Source: Haliotis rubra (lineage: Eukaryota). From it: a DNA stretch of 64,000 nt. Location of the stretch: assembly GCF_003918875.1 (NCBI RefSeq), contig NW_025766270.1:868001-932000 (forward strand), read 5' to 3'. Each line of letters begins with the position of its first letter. The first letter of the stretch is position 1. A program made the translations under genes and the position numbers. Shown one piece after another: positions 24,671 to 37,296 of this stretch. The notes beneath the pieces were generated by a model. The model saw only the letters and a program-made list of their open reading frames with translations, made no database searches and was not told the origin of the DNA.

Positions 24671-27600
24671 TTAGGCAGGATATATGAACATATAAATACT
24701 TTTGCATTCGTGTGGGGAACCATCAACAAGAACCCATACAATATCACGTTGGTGGTGAGGATTCTGCTGACAGGCATCCAACCTGCTCCACCAGGCTCCA
24801 CGATGATACTCGGCACAAGGGTTGGATGAGTTGTTGCAGTGATCCTTGGCACAGAAGTGACTCCCATCCAGGGTTGTAGCTGGGTCCCCCAGCTTGAAGT
24901 AGTCTCCGATAACGCCATCCCCGGTGAACCCCGACACCGACAGCTGATACTCCGAGGCCTCGTCACCCACGGAGAAGGCGTCGTAAGACAGTTGTCCGGG
25001 AGTGTTGTCAAACTTCTTCAAGGACATGTAGAGCGCGTAGGGTCGGACACTGGTCAGAGCATGTATCTTCTCCAGACCCAGCCACATGTAACAGTTGGAG
25101 TGGTTGAAACCAGACTTGTAGTCGGCCCAGGGAACGTTGAGGTACGTCACGGGCGCCGCCTCACAGCCACTGATGGATTTGTCCCTGAACATGATCATAG
25201 TAGTGACTCCTTCACATTCCAAGTCAAACGGTTGTCCGGAGTTGGTCGGCCAGACAGTGTAGGTGCCATTAGGGTTACTAACGTACATGGACACGTCAGT
25301 ACAGTCTGCAACAGGGAAATAGTATTGTTACAGTGCGGTCATTAGTGATGTTACGTGTGGGATACAGAATGTGTAACAGAAAAGTACTCAGAATATCAGT
25401 TTTGTATTGATGGAGTATTGAGGACCTGTCAAAAGCTGTCCTGAAGCTGTCAAACGGTTGTGCGGAGATGGTAGACCAGACAGTGTAGGTGCCACTAGGG
25501 TTACCAATATACTGGGACACGTCTGTACAGTCTGCAACAGTACTGTTACAGTGCGGTCATTTGTAATGGATAACGTTAGGTGGGGGATACAGAATGTTGG
25601 ACAGAAATACAAATTGAAATACCAGTATCATCAGTATCGAATGACCATGATGGATAATGCCCTGGTCTTCCCACTTTGTCTTCAAGTCACTACTGATGTT
25701 CGTTATAAGGAGTCAACCTGGAGGTTGATGACGTATGCATTGACATGTTTTGTTTTTCAGAAGACATACACGTAAGAACCGTTGTGTTCTCTGATAAATG
25801 TACTCGTAGTTAGGCCATCAAATACCGTGAAAACATTTGCCATTTACTTATTTAAGTATGACGATAGCAAGATTTGGTAGCAAGGAACACCCCAAATTAA
25901 ATGCAGTATATGTTGTAAAGTGCGACATTCAGCAGTATCTCCCTACTATGACGTCAGAAAGAAATAGGCTTGACCCATTGTATCCATGTCGGGATTCGAA
26001 TCCGGTTTGCCAAGAACACTTAACGCGTAGTAACAACCTGCTGCCTTTGAAGTCAAGGACGGTATACATAAAAAAGGATTACCTTCGATCCGGGTCTCAC
26101 AGAGTGTCCCTGTAAACGAGGGGGGGCAACTGCAACCGGCGACCATGCTGAGTGGTGCAACACCATTTGCACATGAGTTCGAAATTCCCGCCTGTGAATA
26201 TATATTTATCATCTAAAACTGTGTTCCACAGGAGATATCGCTTGTGTGAGATCAAACGATATCTCCTAGGAGATATCTAGAATATGTCGTAAATATATCG
26301 TGAATATATATTTATCATCTAAAACTGTGTTCCACAGGAGATATCGCTTGTGTGAGATCAAACGATACTAGGAGATATCGTTTTGACAGTAGATTTTGTA
26401 CAATGCTCTGACAATGCTATGACGTCATGAACTTGATGCTATGACATCGCTGCACTGCAAGTCTAATGGTAGTAGTGTTTGAGAGATGTACATTTTTCAT
26501 TGAAAACTACATAAAGAATGATTTTTGATGATAAATAGAATCTCGTTCTCTGGTCCACTGATTATATCTACAATTATATCAACACTCGTTGATAAAGGTA
26601 AAAATATCCTCGGCAAGCCTCAGATATTTGTAATTTTATCAACTCGTGTTGATATAATTGATATCAGTAGACACTTGGGTGAGATTCTCCACTTCCCCAA
26701 TTGGATCAATAAGAGGATCTTCTTTCAGATTTTAACAACCAACCTATCGTTGCTGCATAATATTTCTATTCATTAACGATTTGATCGCCTTTTTTAATCC
26801 ACAAGGGGATGGTTCGGTAGCCTAATGGTTAAAATGTTGGCTCCTCAAGCCGAAGACCCGGGTTCGATTCTCAAGACGGGTAAAAATTTGTAAAGCCCAT
26901 TTATGGTGTCCCCCACCGTGACATTGCTTAAAAACGGCGTAAAATCGCACTCAATCGCTTTCGCAACCTACGTATTTCCTGTGATGTTGCTAAATGTGTC
27001 AAGAGGGTACTGACTGGGATAAACGGAACAACTGATGATCCAAAAGGCCAGAAGTCGATGAGATACGGAAGAGTTGTAACTGTTTTCATTTTTCTCCGGG
27101 AGATCGAATTCAGCGAAAGGAAGTAATAGTACATGACAGGTTAGAATGAGTGGTCGGTTTCACGCCACGTTTAACGACACTCCAGAATCATCATGGTGGG
27201 GACCATCAGAAATGGTCTTCATACATTGTGCCCATGTGTGGAATCGAACCTGGGTTTACGGTGTGACGAGCGAACGCTCTAAAAACAGGGCTACACGATG
27301 ACCTGTAGGTGAATGACAGAAATGTGACAGTTGTGTATAATTCGTAAGAGACTCTCACCACACATGCAGATCAGTGGATGATGGTATGAGTGAGTGTTAA
27401 ATAAAGGCCGGGGTGCAAACCTAAAAAAACCCATGGGTTTCCAATGAGTCTCCCATTGGCTACCCCTCAGCAGTGTAGATGTTATCTACCCATGAGTGAC
27501 AGGACTGTAAGGGCTATGGGTGCCTGGTAAGAGTCTGGCGATGTCAAAGGTTAACCTTGGAATTTACTAAAAGAATAAACATGTGCCTTATAGTAAATGT

Positions 27601-28451
27601 CCGACAACCCTTTCACAACATATGTTGATGACTAAAGAGATTAATTTGATTAGCATATATGAAATTTCAAAGTTTACTTATTTTCTGAAAATAAAACCTT
27701 CAACACAATGGTGATGTCAGTATCAAACAAATGTACAGCCCTAATCCTGCACAGCATGGGGCCATGGGAGTGGGGAGGATGTCATTTTCACAACCTCCCT
27801 GAAATATGAAACCCTGAATGAAACTTTTAGACAACTCACAGGCTTGTTTCCCCTGGGAAACTCAAATCTGGATTTGAAAATGAGAAATATCTTTTCAAAA
27901 TGTGATTTGTAGGCTGTCTGCATACATACATTTTACAGTGAGTCTTCATAACATACTTCTTTACACTATGGCTTAATTTCATCATGAACCGGTAAGTCAA
28001 TTTTGTGATATCTACTTGAATACTGCATCGCTTTCCATCGAAAGACAGCTTCCACAAGGCAAGGAGGCCACACCCCATATGTGTATAGGTTTGAACCCTG
28101 GCCTTTAAAGCTACTGACCTGTGTCCCAGCATCCACCTTCGCATACGCCCGACACGTGTCGTTGGGGACGCTGTCAGGTGTCGCAGTCATCAGGTAACAG
28201 ACGTCGTCGTCACGGCAGTAGACTACCCCGGTGCAGGGGTTGACGCCGACACACTGGGCAAGGCATTCAGTAACGGAAGTGGTAGTCACAGACCGGATGC
28301 TCTCGGGGATGCTCTCGGGGAGGGCGTTTGTGGTCGGGGTGTGAAGTTTGTAGAGGGAGGACCTGGTGGCAGCAGCAGCTTCTACGCTGGCAGAAAGAAG
28401 GAACACCATCAACAGCGTGGAGAACACCATCATATTCAGGCAGCTTACCAT
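24671..28451 (-). CDS. secreted fibrinogen-related protein B: signal peptide-PAN/apple-EGF-FBG; exons 28119-28451, 26083-26191, 24671-25305; about 358 aa
   Basis: Paralog of gene A with the same intron phases; PAN CLAQCVGVNPCTGVVYCRDDDVCYLM; EGF CANG...CSCPPSFTGTLCE; FBG ORF 24671-25294. The start may be a downstream ATG (about 28433). Confidence 0.85.
25447..25610 (-). pseudogene. partial duplicate of the FBG exon 5' end plus acceptor region, inside gene B intron 2
   Basis: TGTTGCAG|ACTGTACAGACGTGTCCCAGTATATTGG = DCTDVSQYIGNPSGTYTVW, truncated after QPFD. Confidence 0.8.
26805..26955 (+). mobile_element. SINE family 1 (diverged)
   Basis: A/B boxes and body homology. Confidence 0.8.
27146..27302 (-). 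mobile_element. SINE family 1 (diverged)
   Basis: Reverse-complement homology including GGAATCGAACC. Confidence 0.75.
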
Positions 28452-29585
28452 CTTCAGTACACAACAGTAAGTCATGAGGACTGGAGCTCTAACTGTGGTC
28501 AACTTGCGTTTAACTTTAAAGTCAAATGTATTTATCCCTATAAATGAGACAACAGATTTTGAATACAAGACTATATGCGCATGCAAATGATAACAAAAAA
28601 ACATCTATAAAAGTTGAAAGTTACATCTGAATCATTCTTTTACGTGTGAGGAACTTTCAAGTGTTTGTCAAACACCAAATACCAGACACATCAATCGATG
28701 GGCAGAGTAGGTATAGTTCCATGATAATGTCATTTCAGTTCTAGAGGACAGTTGAGCTCAAATCTGTGGGAGACAGCCTATGGCCATTGATTGCTGTGGC
28801 TGTATAGAGAAGTGTTTGGGAAGTACATCCGTAATAACAAAGGCTGTCATATCTTATGTTACATTTTAAATTATTGATTACGCAATGTTTTGCATTTATT
28901 CACAGAGTCTGACAATATAAAAGTGGGGTCGTGTACTGTAAAATTTGGTTTAAATCTATACGATTATAATAGATGAAATCGACACGGTGGAAATGTTGGA
29001 TCTTGAATTGTCTGTCCTCTTGTAATGTAGACAATGTTTTCCTTTTAGTAGTTTTGCTGTTTGTTGAATCTACATCTTACCATCTCGATTCACATCACGG
29101 TAAGCAACTGTTTTACGTGAATACATAGCAGATCAATAGTATTCAGTTACACCGGACGTCTCGAGCATCAACTGCACATCAAGAGTACACAAGAGATTGG
29201 TCTTAAGGCTATTATATTTTGCTGACACTCTACCTGGCCCTATTTTGTGTTTTGCACTAACTGCCTGTCTTGATGAAGATATGTCTCCAAGTGGAAGTAA
29301 ATTGTCCATAAGCTTAATTACCTGTTCATAACACTTTATAACTGGATGGTAATTATGTTTGTAAAATAGGAACACCAGTTCAGAATTTTTCTGATACTGT
29401 TTATGACAGTGTATCGAAATATGGTTTGAAATTTTTATGATGATGTGTTCAAAACAGGGCAACTATATGTTCAAGAAAGACTTCTGGAACTTTACAAATT
29501 GAAGAGAGTAAATATTTCCAGAATTTTAGAATATATTACAAAACTATTTCAGGAAAGCATTAGATTCTACGTAAATGTTTACACC

Positions 29586-29745
29586 NNNNNNNNNNNNNNN
29601 NNNNNNNNNNNNNNNNNNNNNNNNNNNNNNNNNNNNNNNNNNNNNNNNNNNNNNNNNNNNNNNNNNNNNNNNNNNNNNNNNNNNNNNNNNNNNNNNNNNN
29701 NNNNNNNNNNNNNNNNNNNNNNNNNNNNNNNNNNNNNNNNNNNNN
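29586..29745. other. assembly gap (160 N)
   Basis: N run. Confidence 1.
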
Positions 29746-29761
29746 GTGTTGGTGTGTTACC

Positions 29762-29943
29762 GTTAGCGTCAATAAGGACGATCCGTCAGTAGCGTTACTG
29801 CCTCATCAATAAGATACTGCCTAGTCAATAAGATATTGCCTGGTCAATAAGATACTGCCTAGTCAATAAGATACTGCCTAGTCAATAAGAGAACTCAGGT
29901 TAGTCAGTAAGCTTATTGACTGACTTTCCTTATTGACGCTAAC
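29762..29943. mobile_element. MITE with 17-bp TIR and internal 19-bp repeats
   Basis: GTTAGCGTCAATAAGGA / TCCTTATTGACGCTAAC; (GTCAATAAGATACTGCCTA)n. Confidence 0.75.
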
Positions 29944-30275
29944 ATATATACAAATGTACATAAATATCACACCACCCACTTTTTTCACTAAGTAAAACTG
30001 GATCTTCAACCTCATAAAAATGGTGCTCATTAAAGCACATTAAATTGTTGATATAGCGTCATGTGAACGATCAGTAAGAAAATTGACAACATAAGACCGA
30101 ATTTGAGCACTAATTGAGGGTTTGATTGTGGCAAACTAAAGTTCACTAAAATCACCGTAAAATAAGGTGAAATAAGTATGGCTGCCGGGGTCGTTCGTTA
30201 CAGCAGACTCACAACACAGTTCAGAATTTCACTAATGTCGAACGCACTAGTAAGGTCCACAATGACAGCCCAACT

Positions 30276-30875
30276 CAGTATCTGATGTAACCGCTTCGCA
30301 CTTGCATAACATTTTCTACACGCCGTCTCATGCCGTCTGATTCTCTGTTGGAGGATCTGCTGCCACTCATCATGCAATACATGGGTCAATTCCTGAAGGG
30401 TCTGAACTGCTCTCACCCTGCGTCCCAAAATGTCCTACAATGCTCAATAGGATTCATGTCTGGACTTCTGACTGGCCACGGTAGTGTCTCAATGGCGTTG
30501 TGTTGGAGATGCTGAACAACAGCTCGAGCACGATTTGGTCTGGCATTATCGTCCATGAAGACTGAACGTGTGACGAGAGCATGGTTATCGAAATGAGGCA
30601 CAACAGCACCGTCCAGGATCAAGTTCTGGTACCTCTGTCCATTCAATGTCCCGTGAACTGTGATGAGGTCAGTTTTACAGTCATAGGAACAACACTCCCA
30701 CACCATGACAGATCCACCCCCTAATGAAACATCAGCTTGAAAGTTCCTCTGATCATATGCAGTCCCTCTCTGCCTCCAAAGTCGTGCCCTCCCATCTGTA
30801 TGATGCAGCAGAAATCTGCTTTCATCGGACCAGTAGATCTTTCTCCATGTCCTCAGTTTCCAGCGAGCACGTATA
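30276..30875 (-). pseudogene. degenerate Tc1 transposase (catalytic half)
   Basis: YWSDESRF, FMDDNARP, SPDMNPIEH; frameshifted C-terminus; 5' part cut by a MITE. Confidence 0.85.
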
Positions 30876-31443
30876 CAGTCGAACACCGTTGTCTCGATAT
30901 TCATGGGACCAAGAAAAATATCGAGTTATCCTGAACTTCGAGACATCCGACCAGGGCATATCATCACATATCACTATGAAGGGCATAAACATATCAAAAA
31001 ACGCTTCTCAGTATGTTTTGATTCGAAACTATAATCCGTTATCAGTAGTGTTTAGTCGTAACAGTGAGTACTTCCTAATTAAATCCTTCTTAATTAATCC
31101 TAATTAAATAACAAACAAGTGACACCTTCAACTCAATTAGCCCTAATTAGTTTACACTACCGCATCCCTTTGATTCATGCCGCACCGTGTAAACGTGTGG
31201 AAACAACCTCAGTTCAGAGGGATACTTGCCCATGAAAGGTAGGTGAATATCGAGTTTCTTTGCAAATATCGAGTTAAAAGGGTAATTTTGCTTGTTTGGA
31301 CCATGAAATTATATCGAGATATCCGAAATATCGAGACATCCGTATCGAGTTAAAAGAGCTTGAATAATGATAAATTATGAAGGATTTTGCCGGGACCGAG
31401 ATGTTAAATCGAGACAATCGAGATATCGAGTTATCAGAGTTCG
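30876..31443. mobile_element. pogo/Tigger-like MITE running into a gap
   Basis: TA|CAGTCGAACACCGTTGTCTCGATAT start; ATATCGAGTTATCAGAGTTCG at the right end; many ATATCGAG motifs. Confidence 0.65.
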
Positions 31444-31584
31444 NNNNNNNNNNNNNNNNNNNNNNNNNNNNNNNNNNNNNNNNNNNNNNNNNNNNNNNNN
31501 NNNNNNNNNNNNNNNNNNNNNNNNNNNNNNNNNNNNNNNNNNNNNNNNNNNNNNNNNNNNNNNNNNNNNNNNNNNNNNNNNNNN
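31444..31584. other. assembly gap (141 N)
   Basis: N run. Confidence 1.
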
Positions 31585-32694
31585 GCCAAACCCCAACTTA
31601 TCATCTTTGGTGATATAATATAAAGATTTTGCTGAAGGAGATGATGGAGCTGAAATTGAGGACAACTATGACTGTTCAAACAGTCACAATGAAACACTGC
31701 AGAATTGTATTTAAAGAAGTACATATGTTTACCAGGTGTTTACTGACCTGGAAGTCAAACAGCAACATTTTCGAGCAAAATATCACTGATGTTATAAACA
31801 ACAACACACAACGTGCAAAGGATAAACTACAAGAATCGAGGACTGCAAGGTTGTTGCTAAATGTTCTGGACTTTGTGTTAGTTGTCTGTGTGTATATCAT
31901 AGCCATAACCCATTTCAAGGTGGAGAAAGTTCACAGCTTGGAAACATTTCCGCAGACCTGATTTTGGATGTTCGAGTCAATATGGCCGGCGTGATCAGAA
32001 TTGGTAATGCCATTCAAGACAGCATCACCGGGAAGAACTTAGGAGATGAAGTTTAGATAACTAATGAACTTGAGCAGTTCTAGTGTCGCAGACTAATAAA
32101 AGACATTGATACTGATGTGGTGGTTAACCCGAAACATCAGTTTTCTCGCCAACAAGAATAACAGAGTATTATCAACCTATTTATCTGAATACCTTAAGGA
32201 TCTGCGTACAACATACAGGAAGTAAAGGGTATACAGCTCTTGTAATTGTTTGAGAGGCAGTCAAGTTATCTGATACAAACAACACAGTCCATATTGTTTC
32301 AGATCATACAGATGTTCTGTTTCGCTGATGCGCCAGGTCAGTCCCCAATGCCATGCATACATGAAGACAAAACCTCATACAACACCAATACGAGAAGCAC
32401 AGCGTTGGTTATCATCAGTGTCAATCGTTGGCCTTTTTGCATGCTGTTTCTGGATGTGACTATACATCTCCGGTATTGACTTTGGTAAAGTCAGGCATAT
32501 GAAGTATCATTATATCCCATTACCTGAACAGGAGTAAAAGCCTTTGGTGAGGATGATGTGTCATTGGATGACAGGGTACCTGAACATTCGAACATTCCTG
32601 CTGAACGTATGTCACCAACATCAAGAGCCTGCTACTTCCATTCCCTGCGAGTTCATCTCCAGCTCCACGCATGGTGTATGTGTGTGTGTGCGTG

Positions 32695-32810
32695 CGTGGT
32701 AAAGCGTTCGCTCGTTACGCCGAAGACCCGGGTTCGATTCCCCACATGGATACAATGATTTTTCTGGAATATTGCTAAGTGCGGGGAAGAAATAAATTCA
32801 CTCACTCACT
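32695..32810 (+). mobile_element. SINE family 1, internally deleted
   Basis: B box GGTTCGATTCC and (CACT)n tail. Confidence 0.8.
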
Positions 32811-32972
32811 CGAAGGGGAATAATGTCCACGGAAATAATTTGGACAACCTCTTGAAATCTACGATCTATGAGCTACGATGTGAGCAGGCAGCAGTGGGTA
32901 TCGGGAGTGCACAGGGATATTGTTCTTTATTATGTTGCGACCTTTCGGTATAGATTCTTCTACTGTAATAAA

Positions 32973-33103
32973 GAGTGAGAGAATTTAGTTTTACGCCGCT
33001 TTTAGCAATATTTCAGCAATATCACGGCGGGTGACACCAGAAATGTGTTTCACACATCGTACCCGGCGAGCGAACACTTAACCACCAGGCTACCCCACCG
33101 CCC
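32973..33103 (-). mobile_element. SINE family 1 with 14-bp TSD
   Basis: TSD TCTACTGTAATAAA at 32959-32972 and 33104-33117. Confidence 0.88.
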
Positions 33104-33146
33104 TCTACTGTAATAAAATTATAAGAATATAAAATAAAGAAGTTGT

Positions 33147-35232
33147 CATCCATAAAGTATCAAAGTCAAAAATCTTTATTATGCATGAAGGTCACCGGTC
33201 ATCCATACAGTATCAAAGTCAAAGATCTTTATTATGCATGAATGTCATCGGTCATCCATACAGTATCAAAGTCAAAGATCTTTATTATGCATGAAGGTCA
33301 CCGGTCATCCATACAGTATCAAAGTCAAAGATCTTTATTATGCATGAAGGTCACCGGTCATCCATACAGTATCAAAGTCAAAGATCTTTATTATGCATGA
33401 AGGTCACCGGTCATCCATACAGTATCAAAGTCAAAGATCTTTATTATGCATGAAGGTCACCGGTCATCCATACAGTATCAAAGTCAAAGATCTTTATTAT
33501 GCGTGAAGGTCACCGGTCATCCATACAGTATCAAAAAGTCAAAGATCTTTATTATGCATGAAGGTCACCGGTCATCCATACAGTATCAAAGTCAAAGATC
33601 TTTATTATGCATGAAGGTCACCGGTCATCCATACAGTATCAAAGTCAAAGATCTTTATTATGCATGAAGGTCACCGGTCATCCATACAGTATCAAAGTCA
33701 AAGATCTTTATTATGCATGAAGGTCACCGGTCATCCATACAGTATCAAAGTCAAAGATCTTTATTATGCATGAAGGTCACCGGTCATCCATACAGTATCA
33801 AAGTCAAAGATCTTTATTATGCATGAAGGTCACCGGTCATCCATACAGTATCAAAGTCAAAGATCTTTATTATGCATGAAGGTCACCGGTCATCCATACA
33901 GTATCAAAGTCAAAGATCTTTATTATGCATGAAGGTCACCGGTCATCCATACAGTATCAAAGTCAAAGATCTTTATTATGCATGAAGGTCACCGGTCATC
34001 CATACAGTATCAAAGTCAAAGATCTTTATTATGCATGAAGGTCACCGGTCATCCATACAGTATCAAAGTCAAAGATCTTTATTATGCATGAAGGTCACCG
34101 GTCATCCATACAGTATCAAAGTCAAAGATCTTTTATTATGCATGAAGGTCACCGGTCATCCATACAGTATCAAAGTCAAAGATCTTTATTATGCGTGAAG
34201 GTCACCGGTCATCCATACAGTATCAAAGTCAAAGATCTTTATTATGCATGAAGGTCACCGGTCATCCATACAGTATCAAAGTCAAAGATCTTTATTATGC
34301 ATGAAGGTCACCGGTCATCCATACAGTATCAAAGTCAAAGATCTTTATTATGCATGAAGGTCACCGGTCATCCATACAGTATCAAAGTCAAAGATCTTTA
34401 TTATGCATGAAGGTCACCGGTCATCCATACAGTATCAAAGTCAAAGATCTTTATTATGCATGAAGGTCACCGGTCATCCTTACAGTATCAAAGTCAAAGA
34501 TCTTTATTATGCATGAAAGTCACCGGTCATCCATACAGTATCAAAGTCAAAGATCTTTATTATGCATGAAGGTCACCGGTCATCCATACAGTATCAAAGT
34601 CAAAGATCTTTATTATGCATGAAGGTCACCGGTCATCCATACAGTATCAAAGTCAAAGATCTTTATTATGCATGAAGGTCGCCGGTCATCCATACAGTAT
34701 CAAAGTCAAAGATCTTTATTATGCGTGAAGGTCGCCGGTCATCCATACAGTATCAAAGTCAAAGATCTTTATTATGCGTGAAGGTCGCCGGTCATCCATA
34801 CAGTATCAAAGTCAAAGATCTTTATTATGCATGAAGGTCACCGGTCATCCATACAGTATCAAAGTCAAAGATCTTTATTATGCATGAAGGTCACCGGTCA
34901 TCCATACAGTATCAAAGTCAAAGATCTTTATTATGCGTGAAGGTCACCGGTCATCCATACAGTATCAAAGTCAAAGATCTTTATTATGCATGAAGGTCAC
35001 CGGTCATCCATACAGTATCAAAGTCAAAGATCTTTATTATGCGTGAAGGTCACCGGTCATCCATACAGTATCAAAGTCAAAGATCTATATTATGCGTGAA
35101 GGTCACCGGTCATCCATACAGTATCAAAGTCAAAGATCTTTATTATGCGTGAAGGTCACCGGTCATCCATACAGTATCAAAGTCAAAGATCTTTATTATG
35201 CATGAAGGTCACCGGTCATCCTTACAGTATCA
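33147..35232. repeat. 53-bp satellite, about 39 near-identical units
   Basis: CAGTATCAAAGTCAAAGATCTTTATTATGCATGAAGGTCACCGGTCATCCATA. Confidence 0.97.
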
Positions 35233-35738
35233 TACCTTTCGTATCATTCATCAACTTCTAAACTGCCAATCAAACAGATCGTTAAAAAAACGGTTTGCCA
35301 CGTCACAGAATCTGGCAAGTCGAATGACATTTCTGTATGGACATGTGTCATTATGCTTTGTTTATTTGTCGTTTAACGCCGGCCGTTTGTAAATGCTGGA
35401 ATCTGGACCAGACAATTCAGTGACTGACAGCATGAGCACCGATTCACAGAGTGTTGGTATACGATGATATGCATCTGTCGGCGTCTTCCCGGAATGCCGA
35501 CACCTTTTGTTTTAGGTAGGTAAAGCAGTGAAGCATGCTAATGGAAGACAATGGGGGATTAAGGGGTCATCTCCTAACCCTACGTGAGCGAAATTCAGAA
35601 AGTGAGCGAGATCTCAAAGTGTATTCTTAGTCTTGAGTGAGCGAAGTTCAATTTTTCATGATGGTGTATTGGAATAGATGAGTTAACACAACTTGGCTTA
35701 TATATAAGGTCATCATACTCTTACTCTATCATATCACA

Positions 35739-36165
35739 ATGGCTAATGTTTAAGTTAATGTACGGTTTATTGCTAACAGAAGAGGTGGTCGACGTTTAGT
35801 CAAGGGTGGCTACAAATTCCGCATCAAAAGTAGACAAAATAGCATCTATTGGACATGTTCAACACCAGACTGCACCGCAACTGTCAACACGAAATATGAT
35901 CTTGTGACTAAGCTAGGTCAGTGTCACAACCATCCCGCAGATGGTACCAACATCGCCGTAGACAGTTTTCTTTCTAATATCACGAAGACAAAACGCCATA
36001 CCTGTCACACAGATTTACAGAGAAGATGTTGGAAGTAAGTAGGAAATTTGAAATGTAACATTCATTTACCTACAAATGGTTCCGTGCCTTGGGCGAGGCA
36101 AATCTGGACGATGCTAGGTTTGCAACTTCGCCGACTATGTGATGGAGAAGTGGGTGGATGTTGTG
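35739..36165 (+). pseudogene. Mutator/MULE transposase remnant with FLYWCH zinc finger
   Basis: MANV*VNVRFIANRRGGRRLVKGGYKFRIKSRQNSIYWTCSTPDCTATV...CHNHP; later FADYVMEKWV; not in the ORF track because of the early stop. Confidence 0.75.
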
Positions 36166-36266
36166 GGCCTGTAGATGTGAGTGAGTTTGCTGTTACACAC
36201 TTTAACCTTTGGATGTAAAACTCTGAAACCAGTTAGTTTTCTATAGTTATGACAAGGGATACAAAT

Positions 36267-36442
36267 AGTGAGTTTAGTTTTACGCCGCTTTTAGCAATAC
36301 TCCAGCAATATCACGGCCGGGGACACCAGAAATGGTTTTGATTCCCCACATGGGTATCATGTGTGAAGCCCATTTCTGGTGTCACCCACCATGATATTGC
36401 TGGAATATTGCTAAAAGCGGGATAAAACCAAACTCACTCACT
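36267..36442. mobile_element. two fused SINE family 1 pieces in inverted orientation
   Basis: Minus-strand 3' half 36267-36335 joined to a plus-strand copy 36336-36442. Confidence 0.85.
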
Positions 36443-37116
36443 TCTAATGCAGCGTCTAAAATACTGCAATACTGCTCCAAATGGCATGAAAACCAATATT
36501 CTCATTCAGTGACAGTTCCAGTTTGTGCAACTATGTGGGGTTAACGTCTTCTACTGAATCTATTTTTACACTGCAGCCATGCTGAGGTTTCCTTTCGTAG
36601 AGTAATAAATAACATTTTTGTTTTATGTCTGTCTGTGTGTCTCTCTCTCGTGTCATTCATGTCTACTTAATGACATACAATAGATCATGTCAAGAGGTAC
36701 ATTTACTGATATATGTTAATTTCCTGGTTAGTTAATAGTGATTGTATTCGTAACATATGATTGTTATAATTCTTGCTAACCCCCATTTGTATATGGCCTA
36801 TGTAGTAATGTTTTTATTCAACAGGGTCTTCTTCTATATTACCCCATTGTCATTTAATGCCATCTAAACAATATATTTGCCTTTGTGGTATATAAAAGAT
36901 CACTCCGGTTTCACATGTTTATTTTTTAACAATACTAACTACACTTTGGTTCGTTTGTTTAATTAACTTTATTTCTTGAGACATTCTGTGAAATGCTAAC
37001 ATTGCAACCGGATTCCCAGTCCTCCGCAATAACAAACGCGAACCAGTCTATCAGTGACGAACATTACCGTAACTCTCCGGAATGAGCCGAATGTAGTTTT
37101 CCCACAATACCTGTCT

Positions 37117-37129
37117 GTTCCTTGACGAC
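37117..37129. promoter_or_regulatory. candidate RFX X-box upstream of CFAP69
   Basis: GTTCCTTGACGAC fits RYYNYY-N-RRNRAC, about 170 bp before the ATG of a ciliary gene. Confidence 0.4.
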
Positions 37130-37296
37130 GGTGTATGCAATATGGAGTCGTACGGCAGTGCGTGTTGTTTACGCTGACACTGTTCGGATATCAAGCGAAT
37201 GTGGCTCATTTCCAGTCTTGTCAGCATATACTGTCAAATAATAATATTCACACAGTAGGACGCGATACTGTCGGACGTCAAGTCTGACGCGGAATA

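Noticed and set aside
29445-31724. ORFs containing X runs
   Set aside because: Artefacts of the N gaps
31600-32040. Penelope GIY-YIG coding remnant
   Set aside because: Context is suggestive, but no clear motif could be read
33147-35232. CRISPR-like regular array (also 18483, 21985, 56990)
   Set aside because: Head-to-tail units with no unique spacers, no cas genes, eukaryotic context
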